64,000 nucleotides of DNA from Nannocystis sp. RBIL2 (GTDB taxonomy: Bacteria > Myxococcota_A > Polyangia > Nannocystales > Nannocystaceae): contig NZ_JAPNJW010000002.1 of the NCBI RefSeq assembly GCF_026626745.1, forward strand, positions 1,510,151-1,574,150, given 5' to 3'. Position 1 is the first letter of the stretch; each line of letters starts with the position of its first letter. This document shows, piece after piece, positions 1 through 8,480 of this stretch. A program made the translations under genes and the position numbers. Under the pieces are notes generated by a model that was given only the letters and a program-made list of their open reading frames with translations, did not search any database and was not told where the DNA came from.

Positions 1-2
1 TC

Positions 3-980
3 ATGCGCGCCCTGCCGGGCCTCGGCGACTTCCTGTGCGCCACCCCGGCCCTGCGGGCCCTGCGAGCCGCGCTGCCGCGGGCCAGGATCACTCTTTTGGG
101 CCTCGCACGGGCTCGCGAGCTCGTCGCCCGCTACCCGCACCTCGTCGACGACCTGCTCGAGTTCCCCGGCTTCCCCGGCCTGCCCGAGACCCCCGCCGAC
201 GTGCGCGCCTTGCCCGACTTCCTGCGCGCCGTCCAGGGCCGCTTCGACCTCGCCCTGCAGATGCACGGCGACGGCCTCGTCAGCAACATCTTCGTCCAGC
301 TGCTGGGCGCGCGCGCCAGCGCCGGCTTCTACGCCCCGCCGCAGCCGTGCCCCGATCCCGCGACCTTCGTGCTCTACCCGGGCGACTTCGCGGAGCCGCG
401 GATCCTCCTCGCCTTGCTCGCCGCGCTCGGCATCGAGGCGCGCGGCGAGCGGCTCGAGTTCCCGCTCACGCCGGATGACGCCCACCAGTGCGACGCGCTG
501 CTGCAGGCCGCCGGCCTGGCCCCCGACGCCGCGTTCGCGGTCGTCCACCCCGGCGCCGCCGAGCCGCACCGCCGCGTCGACCCCGGCGTCCTCGCGCAGG
601 TCGCCGACGGCCTGGTGATCCGCGGCCTCGCGGTGATCCTCACCGGCGCCGCCGACGAGGCCGCCCTCGCCGCTGCGGTCCGCCGCCACGCCGAACGCGG
701 CCTCGTCGATCTCATCGGCCGCACCGACCTCGGCTCGCTCGGCGCCCTGGTCGAGCGCGCCCGCCTCGTCGTCGCCGGCGACACCGGCGTCTCGCACCTC
801 GCCAGCGCGCTGCACACCCCGAGCGTCGTCGTCTTCCGCAGCACCGCGCCGGGCCGCTGGGCGCCCCTCGATCGCGTGCGTCACCGCGTCGTCGACGCTC
901 GCGCGGTCCCGCCGACGGCCGCGGCGATCCTCGCCGAGGCCGACGCCGCCCTGTTCCTCGCGGGGGTCGATCGTGCTTGA
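3..980 (+). CDS. GT9 family ADP-heptose:LPS heptosyltransferase (5' end at or beyond window edge)
   Basis: N-terminal LPGLGDFLCATPALRALRAALP and C-terminal DTGVSHLASALHTPSVVVF motifs typical of RfaF/RfaC-type GT9; paralogous to CDS 7365-8462 and 8481-9668. Confidence 0.75.
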   Translation: MRALPGLGDFLCATPALRALRAALPRARITLLGLARARELVARYPHLVDDLLEFPGFPGLPETPADVRALPDFLRAVQGRFDLALQMHGDGLVSNIFVQLLGARASAGFYAPPQPCPDPATFVLYPGDFAEPRILLALLAALGIEARGERLEFPLTPDDAHQCDALLQAAGLAPDAAFAVVHPGAAEPHRRVDPGVLAQVADGLVIRGLAVILTGAADEAALAAAVRRHAERGLVDLIGRTDLGSLGALVERARLVVAGDTGVSHLASALHTPSVVVFRSTAPGRWAPLDRVRHRVVDARAVPPTAAAILAEADAALFLAGVDRA

Positions 981-1494
981 CCCGCGGGTCGCCCTCCGCC
1001 GCGCTCGCCGGCTGCTCGTGGTCCCGCCCGCGGCCGGCTGCGACGAGCTCGGGCCGGCGCTCGTGCGCCTGCGCGTCGCGGTGCCGCAGGCCATGGTGAT
1101 CCTGTTGGCCGACGCGCGCGCGGCCGGGCGCGTCGCCGCCTTCGTCGACCAGGTCGTGCCTGCCGGCGCCCTGACGCGGTGCGACGCCCCGCACCTCTCG
1201 ACCCTGGTCGAGCGGCTGGCCGCGGCGCGCCTCGACGCCGCTCTGGTGTTCACGGCCGTCGGCGAGACCGCCTTCGAGGTCGCCTACCTCGCCTATCTCG
1301 CCGGCATCCCGGTGCGCGCCGGCTTCGCCGGCGAGTTCGGCGGCGGCGTGCTCGCCCCGGCCGTCCCGCCCCCGTCGGCCCGCGTCATCGGTCCGGGGCG
1401 TCACCTCTCCCTGCTCGACGCGCTCGACCTGAGCGCGGCGCTCGCCCCCGCGAGCGCGAAAGCGAGGCCCTCGTGCGACGACTCCGCGTTCTGA
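973..1494 (+). CDS. Degenerate GT9 N-terminal-domain-like protein (possible heptosyltransferase remnant)
   Basis: 173 aa; weak but collinear similarity to N-terminal half of the neighbouring GT9 proteins (LLVVPPAAGCDELGPALVRL...IPVRAGF); no C-terminal nucleotide-sugar domain; overlaps next gene. Confidence 0.35.
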   Translation: MLDPRVALRRARRLLVVPPAAGCDELGPALVRLRVAVPQAMVILLADARAAGRVAAFVDQVVPAGALTRCDAPHLSTLVERLAAARLDAALVFTAVGETAFEVAYLAYLAGIPVRAGFAGEFGGGVLAPAVPPPSARVIGPGRHLSLLDALDLSAALAPASAKARPSCDDSAF

Positions 1495-2531
1495 CCTGGC
1501 ACGTTCACGGCAGCTACCTCTACTACCTCACCCAGGCGCCGCACGAATTCTACCTGCCCGTAAAGCCAGGTCGACCCGAGGGCTACGGCGGGCGCAGCGG
1601 CAGCTTCGCCTGGGGCGCCAACGTCCACGAGGTCCCGGTCGAGGTCCTCGCGCAGCAGCCGTTCGACGTCGTCCTGTTCCAGTCGCGCCGCAACTACGAG
1701 TGCGATCAATTCGAGGTCCTCGGCGCCGCCCAGCGCCGGCTGCCGCGCGTCTACCTCGAGCACGATCCGCCGCGCGAGTCGCCGACCGACACCCGCCACC
1801 CCGTCGACGACCCCGACGTCCTGCTCGTCCACGTCACCCCGTTCAACGCCCTGATGTGGGACGCCGGGCGCACCCCCGTGCGGGTCGTCGAGCACGGCGT
1901 CGTCGTCCCCGACGACACGACTTACAGCGGCGAGCTCGCGCGCGGCATCGTCGTCGTCAACGACCTCGCGCGGCGCGGGCGTCGGCTCGGCCGCGACGTG
2001 TTCGACCGCGTGCGCGCCCACGTCCCGCTCGACCTGGCCGGCATGGACTCGGCCGCGCTCGGCGGCCTCGGCGACCTGCCCCTGCGCGAGCTCCACGCCC
2101 GGCTCGGCCGCTACCGCTTCTTCTTCAACCCGATCCGCTACACCAGCCTCGGCCTGGCGGTGTGCGAGGCGATGATGATCGGCCTGCCGATCCTCGGCCT
2201 CGCCACCACCGAGATGAGCACCGCCGTGCAGAGCGGCGTCAACGGCTACGTCGAGACCGACCTCGACCGCCTGCTCGCGCACATGCGGCGCCTGCTCGCC
2301 GACCCCGCCGAGGCCGCCGAGCTGGCCGCAGGCGCGCGACGGATCGCCCGCGAGCGGTTCGGCATCGGCCGCTTCGCCGCCGACTGGTCGCGGGTCCTGG
2401 GCGAGGTCACCGGATGTCCCGAGGGACAGCTCGTCGCGCCCGACACCGGATGTCCCGAAGACCAGCTCATCCCGCCGATCGCCGCCTGTCCCGCGGGACA
2501 GGCCCCCGAGCCGGCCCGGAGGACCGCGTGA
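1474..2531 (+). CDS. GT1/GT4-type glycosyltransferase; C-terminal about 35 aa encoded by three hairpin-repeat copies (GCPEGQ..GCPEDQ..ACPAGQ)
   Basis: GTG start at 1474 (VRRLRVLTWHVHGSY...); central YRFFFNPIRYTSLGLAVCEAMMIGLPILGLATTEM..VQSGVNGY matches GT1 E-x7-E region; ORF upstream of 1474 is out-of-frame overlap with previous gene. Confidence 0.75.
2411..2502. repeat. 3 tandem hairpin-repeat copies (ATGTCCCGAGGGACAGC type) translated in-frame as tail of CDS 1474-2531
   Basis: atgtcccgagggacagc / atgtcccgaagaccagc / ctgtcccgcgggacagg. Confidence 0.7.
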
Positions 2532-4399
2532 AGCCGCTGCCGTTCGAGACCGGCGCCGGCGTCGGCCAGCCGCAGAGCCCGCTGCGGATCGCCATGATCA
2601 GCGAGCACGCCTCGCCGCTCGCCCCGCTCGGCGGGCGCGACAGCGGCGGCCAGAACGTCTACGTCGCCCAGGTCGCGCGCCACCTCGGCCGCCTCGGCCA
2701 CCGCGTCGACGTGTTCACCCGCCGCGACAGCCCGACCTTGCCGCCGGTCGTCGAGCTCGCCGACGGCGTGCGCGTGATCCCGGTCGACGCCGGCCCGCCC
2801 GCGCCGCTGGCCAAGGAGTCGCTGCTGCCGCTCATGCCCGCCTTCACCCGCGAGGTCGCGGCCCACGCCCGGCGCGAGCGCTACGACCTCGCCCACGCCA
2901 ACTTCTTCATGAGCGGCCTCGTCGCCGCCGAGCTCAAGCGCGAGCTCGGCGTCCCGTTCGCGGTCACCTTCCACGCGCTCGGCAAGGTCCGGCGCCAGCA
3001 CCAGGGCCAGGCCGACGGCTTCCCCGACGAGCGCTTCGCCATCGAGGCGCGGATCGTCGCCGAGGCCGACGTGATCGTCGCCGAGTGTCCGCAGGACGAG
3101 GTCGACCTCATGACCCTCTACGCGGCCGACCCCGAGAAGCTGGTCATGGTCCCGTGCGGCTTCGACCCCGAAGAGTTCTGGCCGGGCGGTCGCGCCGAGG
3201 CCCGCGCCGCGCTCGGCCTCGGCGACGGCGATCGCATCGTCTTGCAGCTCGGGCGCATGGTCCCGCGCAAGGGCGTCGACAACGTCATCCGCGCGCTCGC
3301 GCGGCTGCCGGGCGAGCTGCGGGCGCGGCTCGTCGTCGTCGGCGGCGAGTCGCGCCGGCCCGATCCTGCGCTCACCCCCGAGATCGGCCGATTGATGGCG
3401 GTCGCCCGCGACGAGGGCGTCGCGGAGCGCGTCACCTTCGTCGGCAGCCGCGGCCGCGGCGAGCTGCGCGACTACTACGTCGCCGCCGACGTGTTCGTCA
3501 GCACCCCGTGGTACGAGCCGTTCGGCATCACCCCGCTCGAGGCCATGGCCTGCGGCGTCCCGGTCATCGGCGCCAACGTCGGCGGCATCGCCCACACCGT
3601 CGCTCACGGCGAGACCGGCTACCTCGTCCCGCCGAGCGACCCCGACGCCCTGGCCGACAAGCTCGCCCTCGTGCTGTCGCAGCCGCGCCTGGCCCGGCGC
3701 CTGGCCCAGCTCGGCCTGCAGCGCGTCCACGCGTTGTTCACCTGGGAGAAGGTCGCCGCTCGCCTGGCCGACGCCTTCGCCGCGGCCGCCGGTCGGCGCC
3801 CCGCCCAGGCGCCCACCGCCGCCTTCGCCGCGGTCGACCGCGGCTTCGACGACCTGCTCGCCGTGCTGTCGCGCGCCAAGACCTGCCTGCGCGACGACAT
3901 CGTGCGCGCCGCCGACCTCGTCAGCGGCGCCTTCGCCCGCGGCGGCAAGGTGCTCGTGTGCGGCAACGGCGGCAGCGCCACCGACGCCCAGCACTTCGCC
4001 GCCGAGCTCGTCGGCCGCTTCCTCGCCCCCGACCGCGCCGCCTTGCCGGTCATCGCCCTCAACGCCGACACCGCGGTGTTGACCGCGTGGGCCAACGACG
4101 TCGGCTACGCCGACGTCTTCGCCCGCCAGGTCCGCGCCTACGGCCGCCCGGGCGACGTCATGTTCGGCATCTCGACCAGCGGCCGCTCGGCCAACGTCGT
4201 CGCCGCCCTCAAGACCGCGCGCGACTGCGGCCTGCGCACCTTCGCCTTGCTCGGCGGCACCGGCGGCGAGGCCGGCGACCTCGCCGACTGCGCCCTCATC
4301 GTCCCCTCGCCCGACACTCAGCGCATTCAGGAGGTCCACACCCTGGCCCTGCACCTGATCTGCGAATTGGTCGAAGCGCGGGTGGCTCCATTGTCGTGA
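2528..4399 (+). CDS. gmhA: Bifunctional fusion: GT4 glycosyltransferase (N, about 420 aa) + GmhA sedoheptulose-7-phosphate isomerase SIS domain (C, about 190 aa)
   Basis: GTG 2528 overlaps the previous stop by 4 nt; N-term LRIAMISEHASPLAPLGGRDSGGQNVYV..GT4 motifs FVSTPWYEPFGITPLEAMACGVPVIG; C-term GGKVLVCGNGGSATDAQHFAAEL..FGISTSGRSANV..RIQEVHTLALHLICE collinear with E. coli GmhA. Confidence 0.8.
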   Translation: MKPLPFETGAGVGQPQSPLRIAMISEHASPLAPLGGRDSGGQNVYVAQVARHLGRLGHRVDVFTRRDSPTLPPVVELADGVRVIPVDAGPPAPLAKESLLPLMPAFTREVAAHARRERYDLAHANFFMSGLVAAELKRELGVPFAVTFHALGKVRRQHQGQADGFPDERFAIEARIVAEADVIVAECPQDEVDLMTLYAADPEKLVMVPCGFDPEEFWPGGRAEARAALGLGDGDRIVLQLGRMVPRKGVDNVIRALARLPGELRARLVVVGGESRRPDPALTPEIGRLMAVARDEGVAERVTFVGSRGRGELRDYYVAADVFVSTPWYEPFGITPLEAMACGVPVIGANVGGIAHTVAHGETGYLVPPSDPDALADKLALVLSQPRLARRLAQLGLQRVHALFTWEKVAARLADAFAAAAGRRPAQAPTAAFAAVDRGFDDLLAVLSRAKTCLRDDIVRAADLVSGAFARGGKVLVCGNGGSATDAQHFAAELVGRFLAPDRAALPVIALNADTAVLTAWANDVGYADVFARQVRAYGRPGDVMFGISTSGRSANVVAALKTARDCGLRTFALLGGTGGEAGDLADCALIVPSPDTQRIQEVHTLALHLICELVEARVAPLS

Positions 4400-4421
4400 A
4401 ATCATCGCACTCGGAGGACCG

Positions 4422-5162
4422 ATGACCCTCGTGATCGAATCACCCCTCGCGGACAAGATCGTGCTCGTCACCGGCGGCGGCTCGGGCCTCGGCGCCGAGA
4501 TCGGCCGCACCCTCGCGGCCGCCGGCGCCCACGTGATCGCCGCCGACATCCAGACCGGCCCGCTCGCCCGCCTCGTCGCCGAGGTGCGCGACCTCGGCGG
4601 CCGCATCGAGGCCGCCGAGCTCGACGTCCGCGACGCCGAGGCCGGGCAAGCCTTGATCGACGCCATCGTCGCCCGCCACGGCCGGCTCGACGTCCTCGTC
4701 AACAACGCCGGCACCGACAAGACCCTCGCGGTCGACGAGCTCAGCGTGGACGACATCGACCGCGTCCTCGCCGTCAACCTGCGCGGCCCCTTCGTCCTCA
4801 GCCGCGCCGCCTTCCCGCGCCTGCGCGCCCAGGGCGGCGGCTACATCGTCAACATCGTCTCGACCGCGGCCAAGCGGGCCTGGCAGAACGCCAGCGCCTA
4901 CCACGCCAGCAAGTGGGGCCTCCTCGGCCTGTCGCACGCGCTGCACGTCGAGGGCCGCCCGTTCGGCATCAAGGTCACCGCGCTGCTGGCCGGCGGCATG
5001 CGCACCCCCTTCATCCTCGACCGCTTCCCCGACACCCCGATCACCAACCTCCAGGACCCGCGCAACGTCGCCGAGACCATCCGCTTCCTCCTCGCCATGC
5101 CCGGCGAGTCGGTCGTCCCCGAGCTGATGGTCGTGCCCATGCGCGAGACGAGCTGGCCATGA
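4422..5162 (+). CDS. Classical short-chain dehydrogenase/reductase (SDR)
   Basis: TGGGSGLG Rossmann motif, NNAG, catalytic YHASK; 246 aa. Confidence 0.85.
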   Translation: MTLVIESPLADKIVLVTGGGSGLGAEIGRTLAAAGAHVIAADIQTGPLARLVAEVRDLGGRIEAAELDVRDAEAGQALIDAIVARHGRLDVLVNNAGTDKTLAVDELSVDDIDRVLAVNLRGPFVLSRAAFPRLRAQGGGYIVNIVSTAAKRAWQNASAYHASKWGLLGLSHALHVEGRPFGIKVTALLAGGMRTPFILDRFPDTPITNLQDPRNVAETIRFLLAMPGESVVPELMVVPMRETSWP

Positions 5163-5743
5163 CCCGCCTCCGCCCCGCCGCCTTCCTCGACAAGGACGGC
5201 ACCCTCATCGACGACGTCCCCTACAACGTCGACCCCGCCCACGTCCGCCTCACCCGCGGCGCCCGCGACGGCGCCTGGTCGCTGCGGGCCGCCGGCTACG
5301 CCCTCGTCGTCGTCACCAACCAGTCCGGCGTCGCCCGCGGCCTGTTCAGCGCCCACGACCTGCTCGGCGTCCAGGCCCGCATCGAGGACCTGCTCGACCT
5401 CGAGCTCGACGGCTTCTACTGGTGCCCGCACCTGCCCGCCGGCGTCGTCGCCGAGTACGCCATCGTCTGCGGCTGCCGCAAGCCCGCGCCCGGCCTGCTG
5501 ACCCGCGCCGCCGCCGAGCTCGGCCTCGACCTCGCGCGCTCGTGGATGATCGGCGACATCGCCAGCGACGTCGAGGCCGGCCGCCGCGCCGGCTGCCGCA
5601 CCGCCCTGATCGCCGCCTCGCTGCCCCCGGCCCTCCGCCCCGCGCCCACCCTCGTCGCCGCCGACCTCGCCGAGGCCGCCCGCCGGATCCTCGGCGACAC
5701 CGCCCGCAGCGACCACGACGAGCACCCCGCGCCCCTCGCCTGA
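5159..5743 (+). CDS. gmhB: D,D-heptose 1,7-bisphosphate phosphatase (HAD family)
   Basis: AFLDKDGTLIDDVPY HAD motif I, VVVTNQSGVARG, CxC..CRKP zinc motif (CGCRKPAPGLL), MIGDIASDVEAG motif; ATGA overlap with SDR stop. Confidence 0.8.
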   Translation: MTRLRPAAFLDKDGTLIDDVPYNVDPAHVRLTRGARDGAWSLRAAGYALVVVTNQSGVARGLFSAHDLLGVQARIEDLLDLELDGFYWCPHLPAGVVAEYAIVCGCRKPAPGLLTRAAAELGLDLARSWMIGDIASDVEAGRRAGCRTALIAASLPPALRPAPTLVAADLAEAARRILGDTARSDHDEHPAPLA

Positions 5744-5784
5744 GCGCCCGCGATGCTCTTTCGCAGCCCAAGATCGCCGGCTCG

Positions 5785-5880
5785 TTCGGACATGCCCTCT
5801 TCGACATGTCCAAAAAACCATGTCATTGGATCTGCCAGATCGGTCCTTCCAGACATGTCCCTCAAGGCATGTCTCAAAAC
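5785..5880. repeat. Hairpin-repeat cluster (GGACATG-loop-CATGTCC family) in gmhB-hldE intergenic region
   Basis: ggacatgccctcttcgacatgtcc ... agacatgtccctcaaggcatgtctc. Confidence 0.75.
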
Positions 5881-5904
5881 ACACCTTCACCCGGAGCGCC
5901 CGCG

Positions 5905-7368
5905 ATGACTCACGTCCTGCTCCCCGTGCTCGACGCCTTCGCCGACCTGCGGACCCTCGTGATCGGCGAGGCCATGCTCGACACCTACCTCGACGGCCAC
6001 AGCGAGCGGCTGTGCCGCGAGGCCCCGGTGCCCGTCGTCGACGTCGACGCGCGCCGCGACGTCCCCGGCGGCGGCGCCAACACGGCGGTCAACGCCGCCG
6101 CGCTCGGGGCCCGGGTCACCTTCCTCTCCGTCGTCGGCGGCGACGACGAGGCCGACCGTCTCGCGCGCGCCCTGGCGGCCCTCGGCGTCCCCGCCCACGG
6201 CCTCGTGCGCGCCGGCGGGCGCCGCACCCTCGTCAAGCAGCGCGTCCTCGCCGGCGGCCAGATCCTCCTGCGCCTCGACGCCGGCAGCCGCGACGACCTC
6301 GACCCCGTCACCGAGGCGCGCCTGTGCGAGCGCCTGCGGGCCGCCTGGGCCGACGTCGACGCGGTCATCGTCTCCGACTACGGCTACGGCGTCCTCACCG
6401 ACGGCGTGATCGACGAGATCGCCGCCCTGCAGGCCGCCCACGCGCGCGTCCTCGTCGCCGACGCCAAGGACCTGCGCCGGCTCGCGCGCGCCCGGCCCAC
6501 CGCCGTCAAGCCCAACTACTGCGAGGCCGCGCGCCTGCTCGGCCTCAGCAACGGCCACGGCGACGGCCGCGTCGAGCAGATCGCCGCCCACGAGGCCGAG
6601 CTCCTGCAGATCACCGGAGCGCGGGTCGCCGCCGTCACCCTCGACTGCGCCGGCGCCCTGGTCTTCGAGACAGGTCAGCCCGCCTACCGCACCTACGCCC
6701 GGCGCTCGTCCGACGCCAACGCCACCGGCGCCGGCGACACCTTCGTCAGCGCCCTCGCCCTCGCCCTCGCCGCCGGCGCCCCGACCCACGCCTGCGCCGA
6801 CCTGGCCTCCAGCGCCGCCAGCCTGGTCGTCGCGCGCGACGGCACCACCGCCTGCAGCGCCGCCGAGCTGCGGGTCCACCTCGCCTCGCAGGACAAGCTG
6901 CTCGGCCACGACGACCTCGCCTTGCTCGCCGACTGCCTGCACCGCGCCGGCAAGCGGCTCGTGTTCACCAACGGCTGCTTCGACATCCTCCACCGCGGCC
7001 ACATCACCTGCCTCAGCCGCGCCAAGGCGCTCGGCGACGTCCTGATCGTCGGCCTCAACGCCGACGCCAGCGTCCGCCGGCTCAAGGGCGACACCCGCCC
7101 GATCAACTGCGCCGCAGATCGGGCCCAGGTGCTGGCCGCCCTGTCGTGCGTCGATCACATCGTCGAGTTCGCCGACGACGTGCCGACCCGCCTCATCGAG
7201 CTCGCGCGGCCCGATGTCTACGTCAAGGGCGGCGACTACAGCCTCGACAAGCTGCCCGAGGCCCCGCTCGTGTCGCGCCTCGGCGGCGAGGTCTGCTTCA
7301 TGCCGTACCTCGACGACTTCAGCACCACCGGCCTCCTCGCGCGGCTCGGCGATCGGGGCCCCGGATGA
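5905..7368 (+). CDS. hldE: Bifunctional D-beta-D-heptose 7-phosphate kinase / D-beta-D-heptose 1-phosphate adenylyltransferase
   Basis: N-terminal ribokinase-like domain (GGGANTAVN..., GAGDTF) and C-terminal cytidylyltransferase domain (FTNGCFDILHRGH); alternative ATG at 5869 lies inside a hairpin-repeat element. Confidence 0.9.
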   Translation: MTHVLLPVLDAFADLRTLVIGEAMLDTYLDGHSERLCREAPVPVVDVDARRDVPGGGANTAVNAAALGARVTFLSVVGGDDEADRLARALAALGVPAHGLVRAGGRRTLVKQRVLAGGQILLRLDAGSRDDLDPVTEARLCERLRAAWADVDAVIVSDYGYGVLTDGVIDEIAALQAAHARVLVADAKDLRRLARARPTAVKPNYCEAARLLGLSNGHGDGRVEQIAAHEAELLQITGARVAAVTLDCAGALVFETGQPAYRTYARRSSDANATGAGDTFVSALALALAAGAPTHACADLASSAASLVVARDGTTACSAAELRVHLASQDKLLGHDDLALLADCLHRAGKRLVFTNGCFDILHRGHITCLSRAKALGDVLIVGLNADASVRRLKGDTRPINCAADRAQVLAALSCVDHIVEFADDVPTRLIELARPDVYVKGGDYSLDKLPEAPLVSRLGGEVCFMPYLDDFSTTGLLARLGDRGPG

Positions 7369-8462
7369 GCTGGTCGTCCGCTCGCCGCGTCCTGTGCGTC
7401 CGCCTCGACACCGTCGGCGACGTGCTCATGACCACCCCCGCCCTGCGCGCGCTCAAGGAGGGCCACCCGCAGCGCCACCTCACTCTGCTCACCTCGAGCC
7501 CCGGCGCAGTCGTCGGCCGCCTCGTGCCCGAAGTCGACGACGTCTGGACCTACGACGCCGCCTGGCTCAAGGCCAGCCCCGCGCGCCGCGACGCCAGCCT
7601 CGACCGCGCAATGATCGATCGCCTCCGCGCCGGCCGCTTCGACGCCGCGGTCGTCTTCACCGTCTACAGCCAGAACCCGCTGCCCGCCGCCCTCCTCACC
7701 TACCTCGCCGACATCCCGCTGCGCCTGGCCCACAGCCGCGAGAACCCCTACCAGCTCCTCACCCACTGGATCCCCGAGACCGAGCCCGAGCGCGGCGTGC
7801 GGCACGAGGTCACCCGCCAGCTCGACCTCGTCGCCGCCGTCGGCCTGCGCCCCTCGCATCATAGACTGTCTCTTCGGCCATGTCCTGAAGACCACCTCGT
7901 GGCCGAGGCCGAGCTCCGCCGCCTGCGCCTCGGCCCGCGCTGGCTCGTCGTCCACCCCGGCGCCACCGCCAGCTCGCGCCGCTACCCGCCCGCCGCCTTC
8001 GCGGTGGTCGCCCGCGCCCTCGTCCGCGACCACGGCGTAGGCCTCGTGTTCACCGGCGCCGCCGACGAGGTCTCTTTGGTCGAGCAGATCCGCGGCGCCG
8101 CCGGCGTCCCCACCCACTCGCTCGCCGGCCGCCTCTCGCTGGGCGCCCTCGCGGCCGTCATCGCCCGCGCCGGCCTGCTGATCAGCAACAACACCGGCCC
8201 CGCCCACGTCGCCGCCGCCATGGCCACCCCCGTCGTCGACCTCTACGCCCTCACCAACCCGCAGCACACCCCCTGGGCCGTCCCCGCGCGGGTCCTGAGC
8301 CACCCGGTCCCGTGCGCCCCCTGCTACCGCTCGACCTGTCCCGAAGGCCATCACCTGTGCCTGCGCGGCATCCCCCCCGCCACGGTCGTCACCGCCGCCC
8401 TCGAGCTGCTGCGCCCCGACGCCCGCGAAGCCCCCACCGCCGCACCCCTCTCGATGTCATGA
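7365..8462 (+). CDS. GT9 heptosyltransferase
   Basis: VRLDTVGDVLMTTPALRALK, C-terminal NNTGPAHVAAAMATP and CxxCYRxxCPxxHxC Cys motif shared with paralog 8481-9668; ATGA overlap with hldE stop. Confidence 0.85.
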   Translation: MSWSSARRVLCVRLDTVGDVLMTTPALRALKEGHPQRHLTLLTSSPGAVVGRLVPEVDDVWTYDAAWLKASPARRDASLDRAMIDRLRAGRFDAAVVFTVYSQNPLPAALLTYLADIPLRLAHSRENPYQLLTHWIPETEPERGVRHEVTRQLDLVAAVGLRPSHHRLSLRPCPEDHLVAEAELRRLRLGPRWLVVHPGATASSRRYPPAAFAVVARALVRDHGVGLVFTGAADEVSLVEQIRGAAGVPTHSLAGRLSLGALAAVIARAGLLISNNTGPAHVAAAMATPVVDLYALTNPQHTPWAVPARVLSHPVPCAPCYRSTCPEGHHLCLRGIPPATVVTAALELLRPDAREAPTAAPLSMS

Positions 8463-8480
8463 CCTCCTCGACGTGAGCCC

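Noticed and set aside
2246-4777. 843-aa minus-strand ORF antisense to the GT4-GmhA gene, plus many other long ORFs in the track (e.g. 1700-4399 N-terminal part, 3085-4425, 5820-7365 upstream part, 5887-7158, 7236-8354, 8774-10273, 19135-21708, 23444-26776, 36241-37023, 37278-39209, 41612-43948, 46611-48059, 48162-49880, 50322-52148, 52205-53608)
   Set aside because: These are typical high-GC shadow ORFs. Their translations are Arg/Ala/Gly/Pro low-complexity with no motifs, and they overlap well-supported genes with clear domain signatures in another frame.
7858-7885. In-frame hairpin-repeat insertion in the GT9 inter-domain linker
   Set aside because: Nucleotide similarity to the repeat (ctcttcggccatgtcc) is real, but the paralog has a linker of the same length. 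An insertion event cannot be asserted, so it is kept only as a note inside the repeat-family finding.
8331-8352. Apparent hairpin-repeat copy (ctgtcccgaaggccatcacc) inside the GT9 gene
   Set aside because: It encodes the conserved C-terminal Cys motif CYRSTCPEGHHLC. The same motif (CYRFACPTSHEC) occurs in the paralog at 8481-9668, so it is protein-level conservation rather than a repeat insertion.
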